A stretch of DNA of 64,000 nucleotides from a cyanobacterium endosymbiont of Rhopalodia gibba (GCA_045159875.1 CP067995.1:2080001-2144000); one strand, 5' to 3'; positions 23,443 through 34,599 are shown, counted from the stretch's first letter. The notes: generated by a model from the letters alone, not told the origin. A program made the numbers and translations.

Positions 23443-25515
23443 TTACTGTCTATTGTTTTTTAACTTACTTATCTTAGCCGATGAAGTTTTCTTAGTCCTT
23501 TTACAAGGAATAGTTTTGAGGAAAATAGGAACCGTAAAATGAAACTGACTTCCGAGATTTTTCCCATCTGATTCCGCCCAGATCTCACCGCCCCACCCCT
23601 GAACAATCTGACGACAAATAGCCAAACCTAACCCTGTTCCCCCTGTACTACGCCGTAATGCCCCTTCTTCTTGATAGAATCTATCAAAGACTGTTTCCAA
23701 ACAATTGGGCTCAATACCTCGTCCCGTATCAGCTACCGTAACTTCTAAACTACCAGGATGAGTGCTACTAACTTCAATGGTTACACTTCCTTTAGAACTG
23801 GTAAACTTACATGCGTTGTCGAGCAATTTAGCTAACACTTCCACTAGCCATTCTCCATCGGCTTGAATTAAGGGAAGTTCGGAAGTTACTAAGTTTTTAA
23901 TGTTGGGTAAATTTCTATCTCGATTACGGGACCTAACATTACTCAGAGATAATTCAACACATTCAGCTAAATCTAAGGGTTCGGGATGCCATTCCACCCG
24001 TCCACTTTCTAACCGAGAAAGGGTCAGAAAATCTTGGACAAGCTTACGCATGCGTTCAGCATCTTGCAAGGCGGTATTAAGCATCACTTGACGCAATTTG
24101 GGAGACATATCAGGTTCAGTGGCCAAACTTTCTAAACAAATTTGAATAGTAGAAAGAGGTGTGCGTAATTCATGTCCAGTAATAGCCACTAAATTCGAAC
24201 GGGTGCGATCAAGGGCCTCAAGTTGTTCATTAAGGTCTTGTAGATTAGCATAAGCTTCGGCTTGAATTAGGGCCACACCAATTTGAGTCGTGATCGCATT
24301 AACTAAAGCCACATCTTCATCTTTCCAGTCCACAGGATTAGGACCACAGTGGTGCAACTCTAACATCCCCAATAATCTTCCCCGATATAGAATGGGAACT
24401 AGTAGCCAAGATAGGATTGAACACTTAATGACAAGACTTTGAAGAGATTTTGAATCTGAATCGGACTTTGTTCGATTGAAAATGCGCGGATTATTATTTA
24501 CATCTTCAATCATCAAGGAGTCACGCAACTCCATCACTTCTTGGAATAAGGGATTGTCGTGTAACGGCCAAGTTTCTCCCTTAATTGAAGCAATACCGGT
24601 ACTTAAAAATTCATGTTGAATTGTAGCTGTGGTATCAGTTTCCCGACAGCGATAGACAAGACAACGACATACTCCCAACCCTTCTCCTAATTTTTGAACA
24701 GCTAGGTGTAAAATCTCTTCAGGATCTAATGAGCGTCGAATAGCAGTGGTAACCGAGTTAATAAGACGTTCCTTATGTTCTTTGGAAGCTAGGGAACGGT
24801 TGGCCTTAAGTAGTTTATATTGACCAGCTTGTAGATAACTAACGAGGCGTTGTACAAAGGGATCGGGGTGTCTGTTAGGACAATCCCACGTCAAATTATT
24901 AACTTCTTTTTGCTTAAGATTTACTCCTCTTTGTTTTAAAGCGGTCACCGGTAAATATTTCTGGCGAGCTTGCTTAATTTTTGTCTTTAATTCCGGTCTA
25001 TAGGCAAGAATACGTCGTAATAAGGTATCTGCAGCCTGTTGACTTACTTGACGATCAAATGTCCAAATTCCTTCAAAACGTCGGCTATTGTCCATCGCTA
25101 AGCCAACACGGTCATTAGTATCATCATGATTCACTCCAATGCGTTCTTGACATACTAAGCAGCTTGCATAATCTTGAGCAATAACGATTAAGTTCCATTC
25201 TTGAGTCAAGCTGTCTGTTGATTCAAAAGCGATCTTCTCATAGATTTCAGAACTATTTTCAAAGTCGGCTTCTGGAGCAGCCAATACATAAACCTGATTT
25301 GTTTTTTTGGCGATTCGCCGATATCGTTGAGCTTCTTGCCGATAAAACCGTTCTCGTTGAAAACTGGCAATAACTAGAGGATAACCTGAGCCAGCTAAGA
25401 CTTGATCTTCCATCGCATGAGATAAAGCTGTCAAGGAAGCCTTGAAATACATTTGAGGCCGCCAATAGGGAAAAATTTGCAACAGTTCTGTTAAAACCGA
25501 TATTGAGTTGCTCAT
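23443..25515 (-). CDS. sensor histidine kinase, DICT + GAF + HisKA + HATPase_c
   Basis: N-terminal DICT (YFKASLTALSHAMEDQV, ASFQRERFY, FEGIWTFD), GAF, HELRTPL H-box, DTGRGI and GGTGLGL boxes; start taken at MSNSISVL. Confidence 0.88.
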   Translation of the reverse strand: MSNSISVLTELLQIFPYWRPQMYFKASLTALSHAMEDQVLAGSGYPLVIASFQRERFYRQEAQRYRRIAKKTNQVYVLAAPEADFENSSEIYEKIAFESTDSLTQEWNLIVIAQDYASCLVCQERIGVNHDDTNDRVGLAMDNSRRFEGIWTFDRQVSQQAADTLLRRILAYRPELKTKIKQARQKYLPVTALKQRGVNLKQKEVNNLTWDCPNRHPDPFVQRLVSYLQAGQYKLLKANRSLASKEHKERLINSVTTAIRRSLDPEEILHLAVQKLGEGLGVCRCLVYRCRETDTTATIQHEFLSTGIASIKGETWPLHDNPLFQEVMELRDSLMIEDVNNNPRIFNRTKSDSDSKSLQSLVIKCSILSWLLVPILYRGRLLGMLELHHCGPNPVDWKDEDVALVNAITTQIGVALIQAEAYANLQDLNEQLEALDRTRSNLVAITGHELRTPLSTIQICLESLATEPDMSPKLRQVMLNTALQDAERMRKLVQDFLTLSRLESGRVEWHPEPLDLAECVELSLSNVRSRNRDRNLPNIKNLVTSELPLIQADGEWLVEVLAKLLDNACKFTSSKGSVTIEVSSTHPGSLEVTVADTGRGIEPNCLETVFDRFYQEEGALRRSTGGTGLGLAICRQIVQGWGGEIWAESDGKNLGSQFHFTVPIFLKTIPCKRTKKTSSAKISKLKNNRQ

Positions 25516-26292
25516 CGACGTCTTTTTGGTATCTCCTGGCAAAATCGATTCATATCGCCCTTATAGCCTTCATATTGCAGTTATGGACCCTTCGATAAGG
25601 ATGTTGAAATATAAATAGTCTATGTTTATTTACAGTTTCCCCTCATTGTAACGGGATTGCTATAGTGGCTAACGATAATGTTATTAGGATTTACTTAACT
25701 CTATGGACATAGTCTAGATAAGTTATTTTCTCTTTAAACCCCATTCTATTAGAAAAACTTGATGTATTTTTGTTATCGAGTCTGTTGTGCGTATCTTCTA
25801 TTGAGCCTAAAAGATCAATAATCACTCTTCAATCAACAAAAAGTTTTTGCATGTCTTTTTATAGTTTCAGCTCCAAGAACTTTTTCTGCACATTTTTACT
25901 CTTAATGCATTATCAATGCAACCAAATCTTTCCAGAACTCTTTTCGAGACAGTGATGCTTTTTAAATCAGTCTTTTTATAACCTTACTATTCGGGTATTA
26001 CAAAATCTGTCATGATTTTCTGATTTTTTAGGGAAAATCGAAGATCTTATCAGTGGTCCTAAATATTAGGAAAAACTGACAATATAATCTCCTAAAGCCT
26101 AATAAATTTGTAAATAATCTTGTCAATTAACGATCTCGCCCCTTAATTATTTCCCCTAGTTTTTTGTCACATAAAATTAAGCGAACAATCCCCGTAATCC
26201 AAATTCCATGAGTTAACTATAATTCAGATGAAACTCTTAAGACTTTACCAAGAGCTATTTATTGTCCCAATTATCGGAGAATGTATCTCATG

Positions 26293-27561
26293 ATGGCACA
26301 AGAGCAACCCTCGTTAGAAGAAATGACCCTCAGACAGCTACGCAGAGTAGCAAGTGGATATAATCTCTCCCGTTACAGCAGAATGCGTAAAGCACAACTA
26401 CTGTCCGCCATAAAACAAATTATTCAGGAACAAACTGTTCAAAAACCAAAAATTAAAGAAACGACAATAAGTCCAACACTCCTTCAGGAGGAACAAGAAA
26501 TGGAAGCATCTAAATTTGAAATAGGTCAAGATGATATCGTAGAGGGACTTTCATCTTCTGTTGATGACGGGCTTAGTGATCTCCCCGATGGTTATGGAGA
26601 AAGCCGCATTGTCATTTTGCCTCGTGATCCGCAATGGTCTTATGCTTACTGGGATATTCCTAATAGTGCTAAAGAAGAATTACGTCATCAGGGAGGACAA
26701 CAGTTAGCCCTACGTCTTTATGATGTCACTGATATTAATCTCAATGACCAAAGTCCTCACAGTATCCAAGAGTACCTCTGCGATGAGTTAGCACGGGAAT
26801 GGTATTTACCGATTCCCGTGAGTGATCGTGATTATGTTCTTGACATCGGTTATCGTTGTTTCGATGGACGCTGGTTGATTCTCGCTCGTTCAGCTTCTGT
26901 TCATATTCCTCCTGTCTATCCTTCTGAGTGGGTGGAAGATATCTTTGTTACTGTAGACTCAAATCAAGAACTCCAAGGTGAGATTGTTTATAATTTGGTT
27001 CCCCCTACTCACCGTCAAGCAATCCCCTGCGACAATCTTGGCCGCGACGAAATTTTTGGTATGGCTCAAGAAGTAGAAGCTCAGCACATAGCAGGATCAG
27101 TGATCAGTCCCTACGTTCATCAAGAAGTGGTTAGTCCCTATGTTCATCAAGAAGTGGTTAGTTCTTATGTCTTTCCTTCCAGTATGGGAATGTGGGCAAT
27201 TCCTACTGCTTCTGGTGTGAATGTTTCTAATATGTCTGGTGTAGGGTTAGGAGTTCATGTTTCTACACTGCCCGGGTATTCCCGTAAGTTCTGGTTAGTA
27301 GCTGATGCTGAGTTAATTGTTTATGGGGCTACTGAACCTGATGCTACTGTTAGCATTGGGGGTCGTCCTATTGAACTTAATCCTGATGGTACTTTCCGCT
27401 TCCAGATATCTTTCCAAGATGGTTTGATTGACTATCCTATAGTCGCTGTAGCTGTTGATAGAGAACAAACCTGTTCTATCCATATGAAGTTTAATCGTGA
27501 AACCCCTGAGTGTCATGTCAATTCTAAGGAAGAAGCAGTTTTGGAGTGTCCTCAAATCTAG
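26293..27561 (+). CDS. DUF4912 protein with Rho-termination-factor N-terminal-like domain
   Basis: LEEMTLRQLR...YSRMRKAQL; LPDGYGESRIVILPRDPQW; FWLVADAELIVYGATEPDA. Confidence 0.85.
   Translation: MAQEQPSLEEMTLRQLRRVASGYNLSRYSRMRKAQLLSAIKQIIQEQTVQKPKIKETTISPTLLQEEQEMEASKFEIGQDDIVEGLSSSVDDGLSDLPDGYGESRIVILPRDPQWSYAYWDIPNSAKEELRHQGGQQLALRLYDVTDINLNDQSPHSIQEYLCDELAREWYLPIPVSDRDYVLDIGYRCFDGRWLILARSASVHIPPVYPSEWVEDIFVTVDSNQELQGEIVYNLVPPTHRQAIPCDNLGRDEIFGMAQEVEAQHIAGSVISPYVHQEVVSPYVHQEVVSSYVFPSSMGMWAIPTASGVNVSNMSGVGLGVHVSTLPGYSRKFWLVADAELIVYGATEPDATVSIGGRPIELNPDGTFRFQISFQDGLIDYPIVAVAVDREQTCSIHMKFNRETPECHVNSKEEAVLECPQI
27106..27159 (+). repeat. in-frame 27-bp tandem duplication (SPYVHQEVV x2)
   Basis: AGTCCCTACGTTCATCAAGAAGTGGTT / AGTCCCTATGTTCATCAAGAAGTGGTT, one synonymous difference. 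Confidence 0.9.
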
Positions 27562-27745
27562 TCTATAACTCGAGACGATAATTGCTTTTTTAAGCATTTT
27601 CAAAACAATGTCAACTTGATTGCTCCTGATGAGTTCGTCGGGAGTTTATTTTTTAATAATAGAGAAATTCTTAATTTCTCTAAGAGAACGTTACCCTCCC
27701 AAAATTCTCTATTAGAATAAAATAAATATTAACTTTCTTTAAGAG

Positions 27746-27937
27746 ATGTTGAGCCCAATTTTAATATTTGATGTGGCTTTAGTTGCCTGGTCACTCCACT
27801 TAATGCAAGAAGCAATTGACCAACAAGAATTTTCCTTAATGCTAGCAGGAACTTTAGTAGCCATGTCCGCCGCAGCAATGCTAGTGGTCTATTTTCTGAT
27901 GGGTAAGTGTTTAAGCTATTTAATTCAGCTCCATTAG
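27746..27937 (+). CDS. small cyanobacterial membrane protein of unknown function
   Basis: 63 aa, two hydrophobic segments (PILIFDVALVAWSLHLM; FSLMLAGTLVAMSAAAMLVVYFLMG), resembles a conserved cyanobacterial hypothetical. Confidence 0.7.
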   Translation: MLSPILIFDVALVAWSLHLMQEAIDQQEFSLMLAGTLVAMSAAAMLVVYFLMGKCLSYLIQLH

Positions 27938-28207
27938 GTTTTCCCAAAATAAGACAGATCTATAAATTTAAATATAACCAACAGCGTACAAACAGAATTT
28001 AAAAATATTTATTTTCTTTTCTTCTATTCTCACAAAAGTTGATTATACAACATCCATTTTATTTTTAATTATAGTGTTGCACTTCAATTAGATATTTAAA
28101 AAAATCTCTAAAGTTTTCCCTAGTAGGGTATCGTCGTTGAAATTAAATCTCAAGAATTTTGAATAGTCCTTAAACTAATAGTCTCCAATAATTAAGATTT
28201 GATCCTG

Positions 28208-30178
28208 ATGAAATTACCCCATCAACGATGGCAAGTTGCTATTCCTAATCCCGAACAAGTCGAGCAACTGATCAAAACAACGAAACTACCACCTTTAATT
28301 GCCCAAGTCATCATTAATCGGGGTATTGATACTCCCAATGCTATCGCAATCTATCTCAATCCTGAAGTTCAAACTCTTCCTTTACCTTTAGAGGAATTCC
28401 CTGATTTAGAGATCAGTGTGAAGTTATTAAAAGATGCGATTACCACACGGAAAAAAATCGCTATTTGTGGGGACTATGATGCTGATGGTATGACTAGTAC
28501 TGCCTTATTATTGCGTGCTCTCACCCACTTAGGTGCTGATGTTTACTATAAAATTCCTGATCGGATGACAGATGGTTATGGCATTAATGAACGTATTGTA
28601 GACACTTGTGCTCATGAAGGCGTAGAGTTAATTTTAACAGTTGACAATGGCATTACGGCTTATGAACCGATTCAACGAGCGGTAAAATTGGGGTTAAGTG
28701 TTATTATCACTGATCATCACAATCTCCCTAAAAAATTGCCCCCAGCCGATGCGATTCTTAATCCAAAATTACTTCGAGAAACTTCTCCCTATCGTGGATT
28801 GGCGGGAGTTGGAGTAGCATATATTTTGGCAGTGACAACGGCTAAAAATTTGGGTTTACTCAAAGGTTTAGTAGACCCATTATTGGAACTATTTACGTTA
28901 GGAACTATAGCAGATTTAGTTCCTCTTGTCGGGGTTAACCGACGCTGGTTAAAACGGGGGTTGCGGAAACTTCCTTACTCAAAATTAGCAGGAGTTCAAG
29001 CCCTCATGCAGGTTACCGGAATCAGTGAAGAACAAAAACAACTTAAACCCGATGATATTGGCTTTCGATTAGGACCAAGAATTAACGCAGTAGGACGCAT
29101 TGGTGAGCCTCAAATAGCGATTGAATTATTAACTACTGATGATTCTAAAATCGCATTAGAAAGGGCGATGCAATGTGAACAAATTAACAACAAACGTAAG
29201 GAGATATGTGAACATATTGAATTAGAAGCTATTCATTTAATAGAAAATACTCCAATCCTTTGGAAACGTGACCGAGTTTTAGTGGTAATTAAATCTCAAT
29301 GGCATCATGGGGTTATTGGCATTGTAGCTTCCCGTTTAGTGGAACGTTACGGGGTTCCTGTTTTTATCGGAACCTATGAAGAAAACTCTAGTAAAATTAG
29401 AGGATCTGCACGAGGAATAAAAGAATTTAACGTAATTGAAGGATTGGATTTTTGTCAAGATATTTTGGAAAAATATGGAGGACATAAAGCAGCAGGTGGA
29501 TTCAGTTTATTAGCTAGTAAATTAGAGGCTTTCAAGCAAAGATTAAGCATTTTCTCCCATCAATGCTTAAAAACTCAACACCTTCAACCTTTAGTAATGA
29601 TTGATGCCCAGGCTAATTTTAAACAATTAACTCCCAATTTATATCAGTCCACTGAACAACTTCAACCTTGTGGAATTGGAAATTCTTTCCCTATTTTTTG
29701 GACTTCTAATGTTTATATCGTTAAGCAAAAAATAGTAGGAAAAAATCATCTTAAACTGGGGATTTCTCAGAATGATTATAATCAAGCAGAGATAGATGCA
29801 ATCGCTTGGCGTTGGGGTGAGTATTTTCCCTTACCTAGGGTAGTTGATATTGCTTATAAACTAACAGAAAATTGTTGGAATGGTAATTCTAAAATTGAGT
29901 TAGACATTGTAGGAATACGATTACCATTATCTCCTTTATCTGCTTCTGATTATAAGCTAAAAATATTTCAATATCAAGGGCGAAACTATCAATGTAGTTT
30001 TTCTAAAACCGAGAAGGAATTAAAAATTATAAATGATAAAGGAAAGATGTTGGTAGTTAAAAGAGGACAACGACAAGGGTTCTTAGGAACAACGCGAGAA
30101 AATTCTCAGAAAGTCGATATTACTCAGCCACGTTATTTAAATTTAATTAAAGCAGCCATGGAGATTTTAGGACTATGA
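28208..30178 (+). CDS. recJ: single-stranded DNA exonuclease RecJ
   Basis: GDYDADG, LTVDNG, ITDHH, LGTIAD, GPRINAVGR, GSAR, GGHKAAGG. Confidence 0.95.
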   Translation: MKLPHQRWQVAIPNPEQVEQLIKTTKLPPLIAQVIINRGIDTPNAIAIYLNPEVQTLPLPLEEFPDLEISVKLLKDAITTRKKIAICGDYDADGMTSTALLLRALTHLGADVYYKIPDRMTDGYGINERIVDTCAHEGVELILTVDNGITAYEPIQRAVKLGLSVIITDHHNLPKKLPPADAILNPKLLRETSPYRGLAGVGVAYILAVTTAKNLGLLKGLVDPLLELFTLGTIADLVPLVGVNRRWLKRGLRKLPYSKLAGVQALMQVTGISEEQKQLKPDDIGFRLGPRINAVGRIGEPQIAIELLTTDDSKIALERAMQCEQINNKRKEICEHIELEAIHLIENTPILWKRDRVLVVIKSQWHHGVIGIVASRLVERYGVPVFIGTYEENSSKIRGSARGIKEFNVIEGLDFCQDILEKYGGHKAAGGFSLLASKLEAFKQRLSIFSHQCLKTQHLQPLVMIDAQANFKQLTPNLYQSTEQLQPCGIGNSFPIFWTSNVYIVKQKIVGKNHLKLGISQNDYNQAEIDAIAWRWGEYFPLPRVVDIAYKLTENCWNGNSKIELDIVGIRLPLSPLSASDYKLKIFQYQGRNYQCSFSKTEKELKIINDKGKMLVVKRGQRQGFLGTTRENSQKVDITQPRYLNLIKAAMEILGL

Positions 30179-30458
30179 AATATAAATTTACCCCAATCTA
30201 TTGAGTTTAGTCTCCCAATTCTTATTTCTTATCATTCAAATTGCAGAAGAAAAATACACAGATAATTAATTATCAATCAATAAAGTAGATTTTTGTATTT
30301 AAATTTAGTATTTGAATTAAAAAAAGCATAAAAAAACCTTAAAATACAAAATTACTGGCTACTACTATGACGATAGTAGGTTGTGTTAAAATTTTTATAA
30401 AGGCCAGTTTATTTAAGAATGAAAATATAAAAAAGCTGGATTTGGAGAGCAAGTAAAA

Positions 30459-30513
30459 TCCTCTTAAGAGAACAACTGATTGACTACTCTAATCAGTTGT
30501 TCTCTTAAGAGGA
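30459..30513. repeat. perfect inverted repeat, 23-bp arms, 9-nt spacer
   Basis: TCCTCTTAAGAGAACAACTGATT GACTACTCT AATCAGTTGTTCTCTTAAGAGGA, ending 38 nt before the TPR gene start. Confidence 0.92.
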
Positions 30514-30551
30514 CTGCGACCTGTTGAACTGTAATAAAAGAGATTGACCCT

Positions 30552-31523
30552 GTGACCATAACATTCAGTGATGCCAACGTAAAAGCCGCTTTAACTGCAA
30601 TTGAATCCGATGAAGCCACCCTAGACGAAAAAATCGAGATGTTAATTGAAATGGCTAAGGAGCTGCAAAAAAGGACTAAAAGTCCCCAACAACTCGAAGA
30701 TGTGGTTTTTCTTTACCGTAGGGGTTTAGAATTATGTCCTCCTGACTATCACTTATGGCGAGCAAGATGTTTATCGGGAATGGGAACTGCATTGCGAACA
30801 ATTCCGGCAGAAGGGGAAAGCTTACTCTTAGAAGCAAAAGCCTCTTACGAAACCGCTCTTCCCATACTTGAAAAATATGCGTCTCCTGAAGAAGTCGCTG
30901 AGGTACATATGAACATAGGGGTTGTGCTACAAGAATTGGTACTTTTCCAAAAAGCAGCTATACAAGATGCTATAAAGGCTTATCAAAAAGCGGCAAAAGT
31001 ATTCACCGGGGAGAATTATCCTCAAGAATTTTCCATGCTACAAAATAATATTGCGATCGCTTATCTTTCAATGCCTTTAGTTCTGAACGAGGAAGAAATG
31101 CCTCAAGCTATTGCGCTTCAGTCTTTTGAAGCGGGTTTGAAATGGGTGACGATAACCAATCATCCTAGCGAATATGCTATGCTAAATAATAATCTCGCTA
31201 ACGCTCTACAATCTCTTCCGAGTGATAATCCGTTAGAAAATAATTTGAAAGCTCTAGCTGCATACGATGAGGCATTAAAGGTTCGTACTCCTCAAGACAC
31301 TCCTGTTGAATGGGCTAACACTATCTCAAATAAAGCAAACGTTTTGTTTAATTTACCTGATAATTTTGAGCACCCTGAAAAGGGTAATCAATATAATCTC
31401 ATGGAAGCTAAAACTTACTATCAAAAAGCTCAAGTAGTGTTTAGTCAATATGAACTATGGGAACGAGTAGAGGTCGTAAAAAAAGCTTTACAAGATATAG
31501 AGGTACAATTGGGGAGTTGGTGA
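30552..31523 (+). CDS. TPR protein, likely uptake-hydrogenase accessory (Nostoc alr0691-like)
   Basis: TPR-type repeats (YAMLNNNLANAL, YDEALKVRT, WANTISNKANVL); clustered with two small membrane ORFs and a NifU-Rieske remnant. Confidence 0.7.
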   Translation: MTITFSDANVKAALTAIESDEATLDEKIEMLIEMAKELQKRTKSPQQLEDVVFLYRRGLELCPPDYHLWRARCLSGMGTALRTIPAEGESLLLEAKASYETALPILEKYASPEEVAEVHMNIGVVLQELVLFQKAAIQDAIKAYQKAAKVFTGENYPQEFSMLQNNIAIAYLSMPLVLNEEEMPQAIALQSFEAGLKWVTITNHPSEYAMLNNNLANALQSLPSDNPLENNLKALAAYDEALKVRTPQDTPVEWANTISNKANVLFNLPDNFEHPEKGNQYNLMEAKTYYQKAQVVFSQYELWERVEVVKKALQDIEVQLGSW

Positions 31524-31551
31524 TTTAATATGTCGAAGGAGCCCAATTAAA

Positions 31552-31821
31552 ATGACTGAAATTCTAGGTGACTTAGGAACAAATACAACCCTTCATAATT
31601 TTTTTGTGAACCTAATGATGGGAGAGATAACTCTAGCAACTGGTTTACTCTGGTTAGTAGTAGCTGCTATCATTTCTGTTATAGGTGGAGCTATCGGTGG
31701 GATGTTATTAGCGGGAAAGGACATTGGCTATGAATTGTCTGCTATGTTGGGTAGTTTATTGGGTCCCGCTGGGGTTATTCCAGTTGTTGCCATTGGACTT
31801 ATCCTGTTGAGATTAGTGTAG
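31552..31821 (+). CDS. small membrane protein of the hyp-associated cluster
   Basis: AAGGAG RBS; Gly-rich TM segments (GGAIGGMLLAGKDIGYELSAMLG). Confidence 0.7.
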   Translation: MTEILGDLGTNTTLHNFFVNLMMGEITLATGLLWLVVAAIISVIGGAIGGMLLAGKDIGYELSAMLGSLLGPAGVIPVVAIGLILLRLV

Positions 31822-31833
31822 GAGTTACAGACA

Positions 31834-32058
31834 ATGTTAAGACTGATCTGGTATTCTGCAAAATTGTTTTTCAAAAGAAAATTGATCCGTAACTCTGGAT
31901 ATCTTTACAAACAATTTGCTTTGGGGTTTGTTATCGGACTGTTGTTATTAGTCGGACTGTATAAAATGGAAATTAATTTAGCTTTGGCTATTGCAGTATC
32001 TAGTCTAGTAACAGGAATGCTTATGCCTTTCTTGCTTAAAGATATAAAAATGCAGTAA
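31834..32058 (+). CDS. small membrane protein of the hyp-associated cluster
   Basis: AGGAG RBS, two TM segments, C-terminus LMPFLLKDIKMQ; 12-nt gap to the previous gene. Confidence 0.7.
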   Translation: MLRLIWYSAKLFFKRKLIRNSGYLYKQFALGFVIGLLLLVGLYKMEINLALAIAVSSLVTGMLMPFLLKDIKMQ

Positions 32059-32084
32059 TTGTTCATATTGAGTTATTCGAATTC

Positions 32085-32115
32085 TATAGTGAATAGTTAA
32101 TGACTATTCACTATA
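32085..32115. repeat. inverted repeat, 13-bp arms, between the last intact gene and the NifU pseudogene
   Basis: TATAGTGAATAGT TAATG ACTATTCACTATA. Confidence 0.8.
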
Positions 32116-32134
32116 AAGTTTTGGTCGTTAATCT

Positions 32135-32985
32135 ATGAATCGATCTACCTCTATATCAGGACAAGTGAAGACCTTAAAAAGTCTGGTGTAAAAAATGAGT
32201 TGCTGTGAACAAATAACATCCGAATGAGATGAGAATTAAAAGGTGATTGTTAAAAGGTTAAAAGGTGCAGTTGAGGAATTAGATAAGGAATAGTTAACTC
32301 GTCTAGTTCTTAGAATTAAATAAGAATCAGTGACTGTATTACGCCATGGAGTTGGGGGTGGAATTGTTTATGGATTATTACGTTATCATCAATTAATTAA
32401 ACCTCTAACTCCTCTCTTAGAAAAACGTATTCAATAAGCATTAGGAACTGCTCAATCAGGATTAAAAAGTCATAATGAGGATGTAGAATTGGTGACGATT
32501 CAACCACCTGATAGTGTCGAAGTTCAACTAATTGGGATTTAGAAGAATTCTCCAGCTTTTACCATAACCCTGAAAAAGGAGTTAAACAGATGATAAAGAC
32601 CTATTGTCGTCAAATTACGGAGGTTTTATCAGTTAATAACTCTACAATAATTAATTATTAAGAATAACAGCTATTTTAGTAGTTCATTTTCTTCATTTTA
32701 AAAGATAGGTTGGATATCTTTAGCAACTCTTGACCAGATATTCAATGAAAAAATTTCACCACTGGAAATTGAAGGATTAGAGTTGATTAAAACCAGACAA
32801 GATGAGCAAGTAGTTGGGTATGGTAATAGTTGTAGTCATTTAACAATGCCTTTAGATACTAAAGAAGTTGAAAATAGTATTTTTACTTTCGCATATCATG
32901 AGTTTAAATATCGCTTTAGCCACGGGAAAATATTTAACGGCACTCGGAATGCCTCTGTAAACTTATTCTGTTAAACGATATGAAG
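32135..32985 (+). pseudogene. NifU-domain + Rieske-domain protein pseudogene (Nostoc alr0692-like)
   Basis: Fragments KGAVEELDKE*LTRL, VYGLLRYHQLIKP, LKSHNEDVELVTIQPPDSVEVQLIGI*KNSPA (CxxC destroyed), YGNSCSHLTMPLD...TFAYHEFKY (second Rieske CxxH lost); several stops and frameshifts. Confidence 0.82.
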
Positions 32986-34599
32986 ATAGCATGTTTGTCC
33001 AAGTTTTTTTGGAGAAATGACACAAACTGTTCAGAGAACGGTTAGTTTGAACTTCTCTTATGTACAGTTAACTTTTTAGTAACAATTAATGTTTTAGTTT
33101 ATACTAAACTGATGATGTAGAGCCAACCAATAAGCTGTCAAGTTTAGAAGGTTTTGGGATTTAAAATTGATGTAATTTCTGAATCTATAAATCTTTTATT
33201 GAATAAACTTTAATTTATCATTAATCTCTTCTACTTTTTCATAATTTGTTCATCTCTAAAATAGACAATAATTCTTCTGAATATAAATAACGCTTAATTA
33301 TCTTCTATTTTCTTAGTAAGATGAATAAGCTTTGTGAAACCTATTTATGTAATTTTAATAATCCTGATACCTAGTTTATTCTTTTCAAGACATCTTCTAG
33401 TTTTTAGAATATCAGTGTATTTTAATTGTTTTCATTAAAAATAATTAAAATATTTTTTTGACTAGTATTTCCAAATTTTTAACTTTAAATTATTTTTTTC
33501 TAGTTATTTAATTAAGCCTAAACTCGTTTTATTAGATTAAATCTATCTGCGATTATTTTAGCCTGTAGCATTAATTTATTCGCAATTTTTTCATAAAAAT
33601 TTATAAAATATGTACTAATCTTTCCAATCTTTCTAAAGACTTTTTTTCTAAAGTCTCTAGTTATGTTATATCTTTTATCTATTACTGTTTTTATACTTTC
33701 TAGACTCACTTTTTAATTTAAATAAACTAACACTACAATAATAACTTACTTGTTATTTAATTAACGCAATTTTTATTAATCATTAACCGGTTTAATGTAT
33801 GAAGTTTTCCCCTATGTAAGTCTTGGACCAAATTCTTGCGGATTGTTTCTATTTATTGTTCACTTACTTCACTATTTTTGTCTATATTCTTTCCGTCACT
33901 GTTTAATACCTATTTAATAATATTCGTCTTGAACTGTTGTTTTAAATCTTTATTTAAAATTGTTAAATGTATGTTTTCTCTTTTAAAAAACAGCTGAGCT
34001 CTTCTTGTAATTTGTCTCCACATTGATTACACCTAATGTAACGGCAATTAATTTGGAGAGAGACGGCTTTCTCTGCCAGAGAAAATTTTCTAACAGTTAA
34101 TTCATGATCTTAATTTAGTTTTTTATGATTTAAATAACAATAAAAACTTGTATTTATTGTATTTATTTTTCTGATAAATTAAATTAGTTAAATCTTATTT
34201 AGGAGATTAATAGTAGATAATTATAAATACTTATAAATCTTTAATTTATTTACTATTAATAGTTAAATAATTAATAGTTTAAATACAAAATGGATAGTTT
34301 TTTTGCTCTCTAAAATATTTAATTCAAATAAATAATTTTTTCTATTAAACTATTTATGTTATGATTTTAATGGTAATACTATACAATTTTAATTGTATAA
34401 TAATTTTTATTGTATAATTATTTTTTTGATTTCTGAAAATGTATATTTTTATTTATTTTAAAATAGTTGATATTATCTTCTTGTATTTAATTCTTAAAAT
34501 CTTTAGATCAATAAATTAAATTAACTTTAGTCTAAAAAAATAGATAATATAGTTTTTATTTTTTTTCAGATAGTGATTAAAGTTAAAATTAATAATCTA

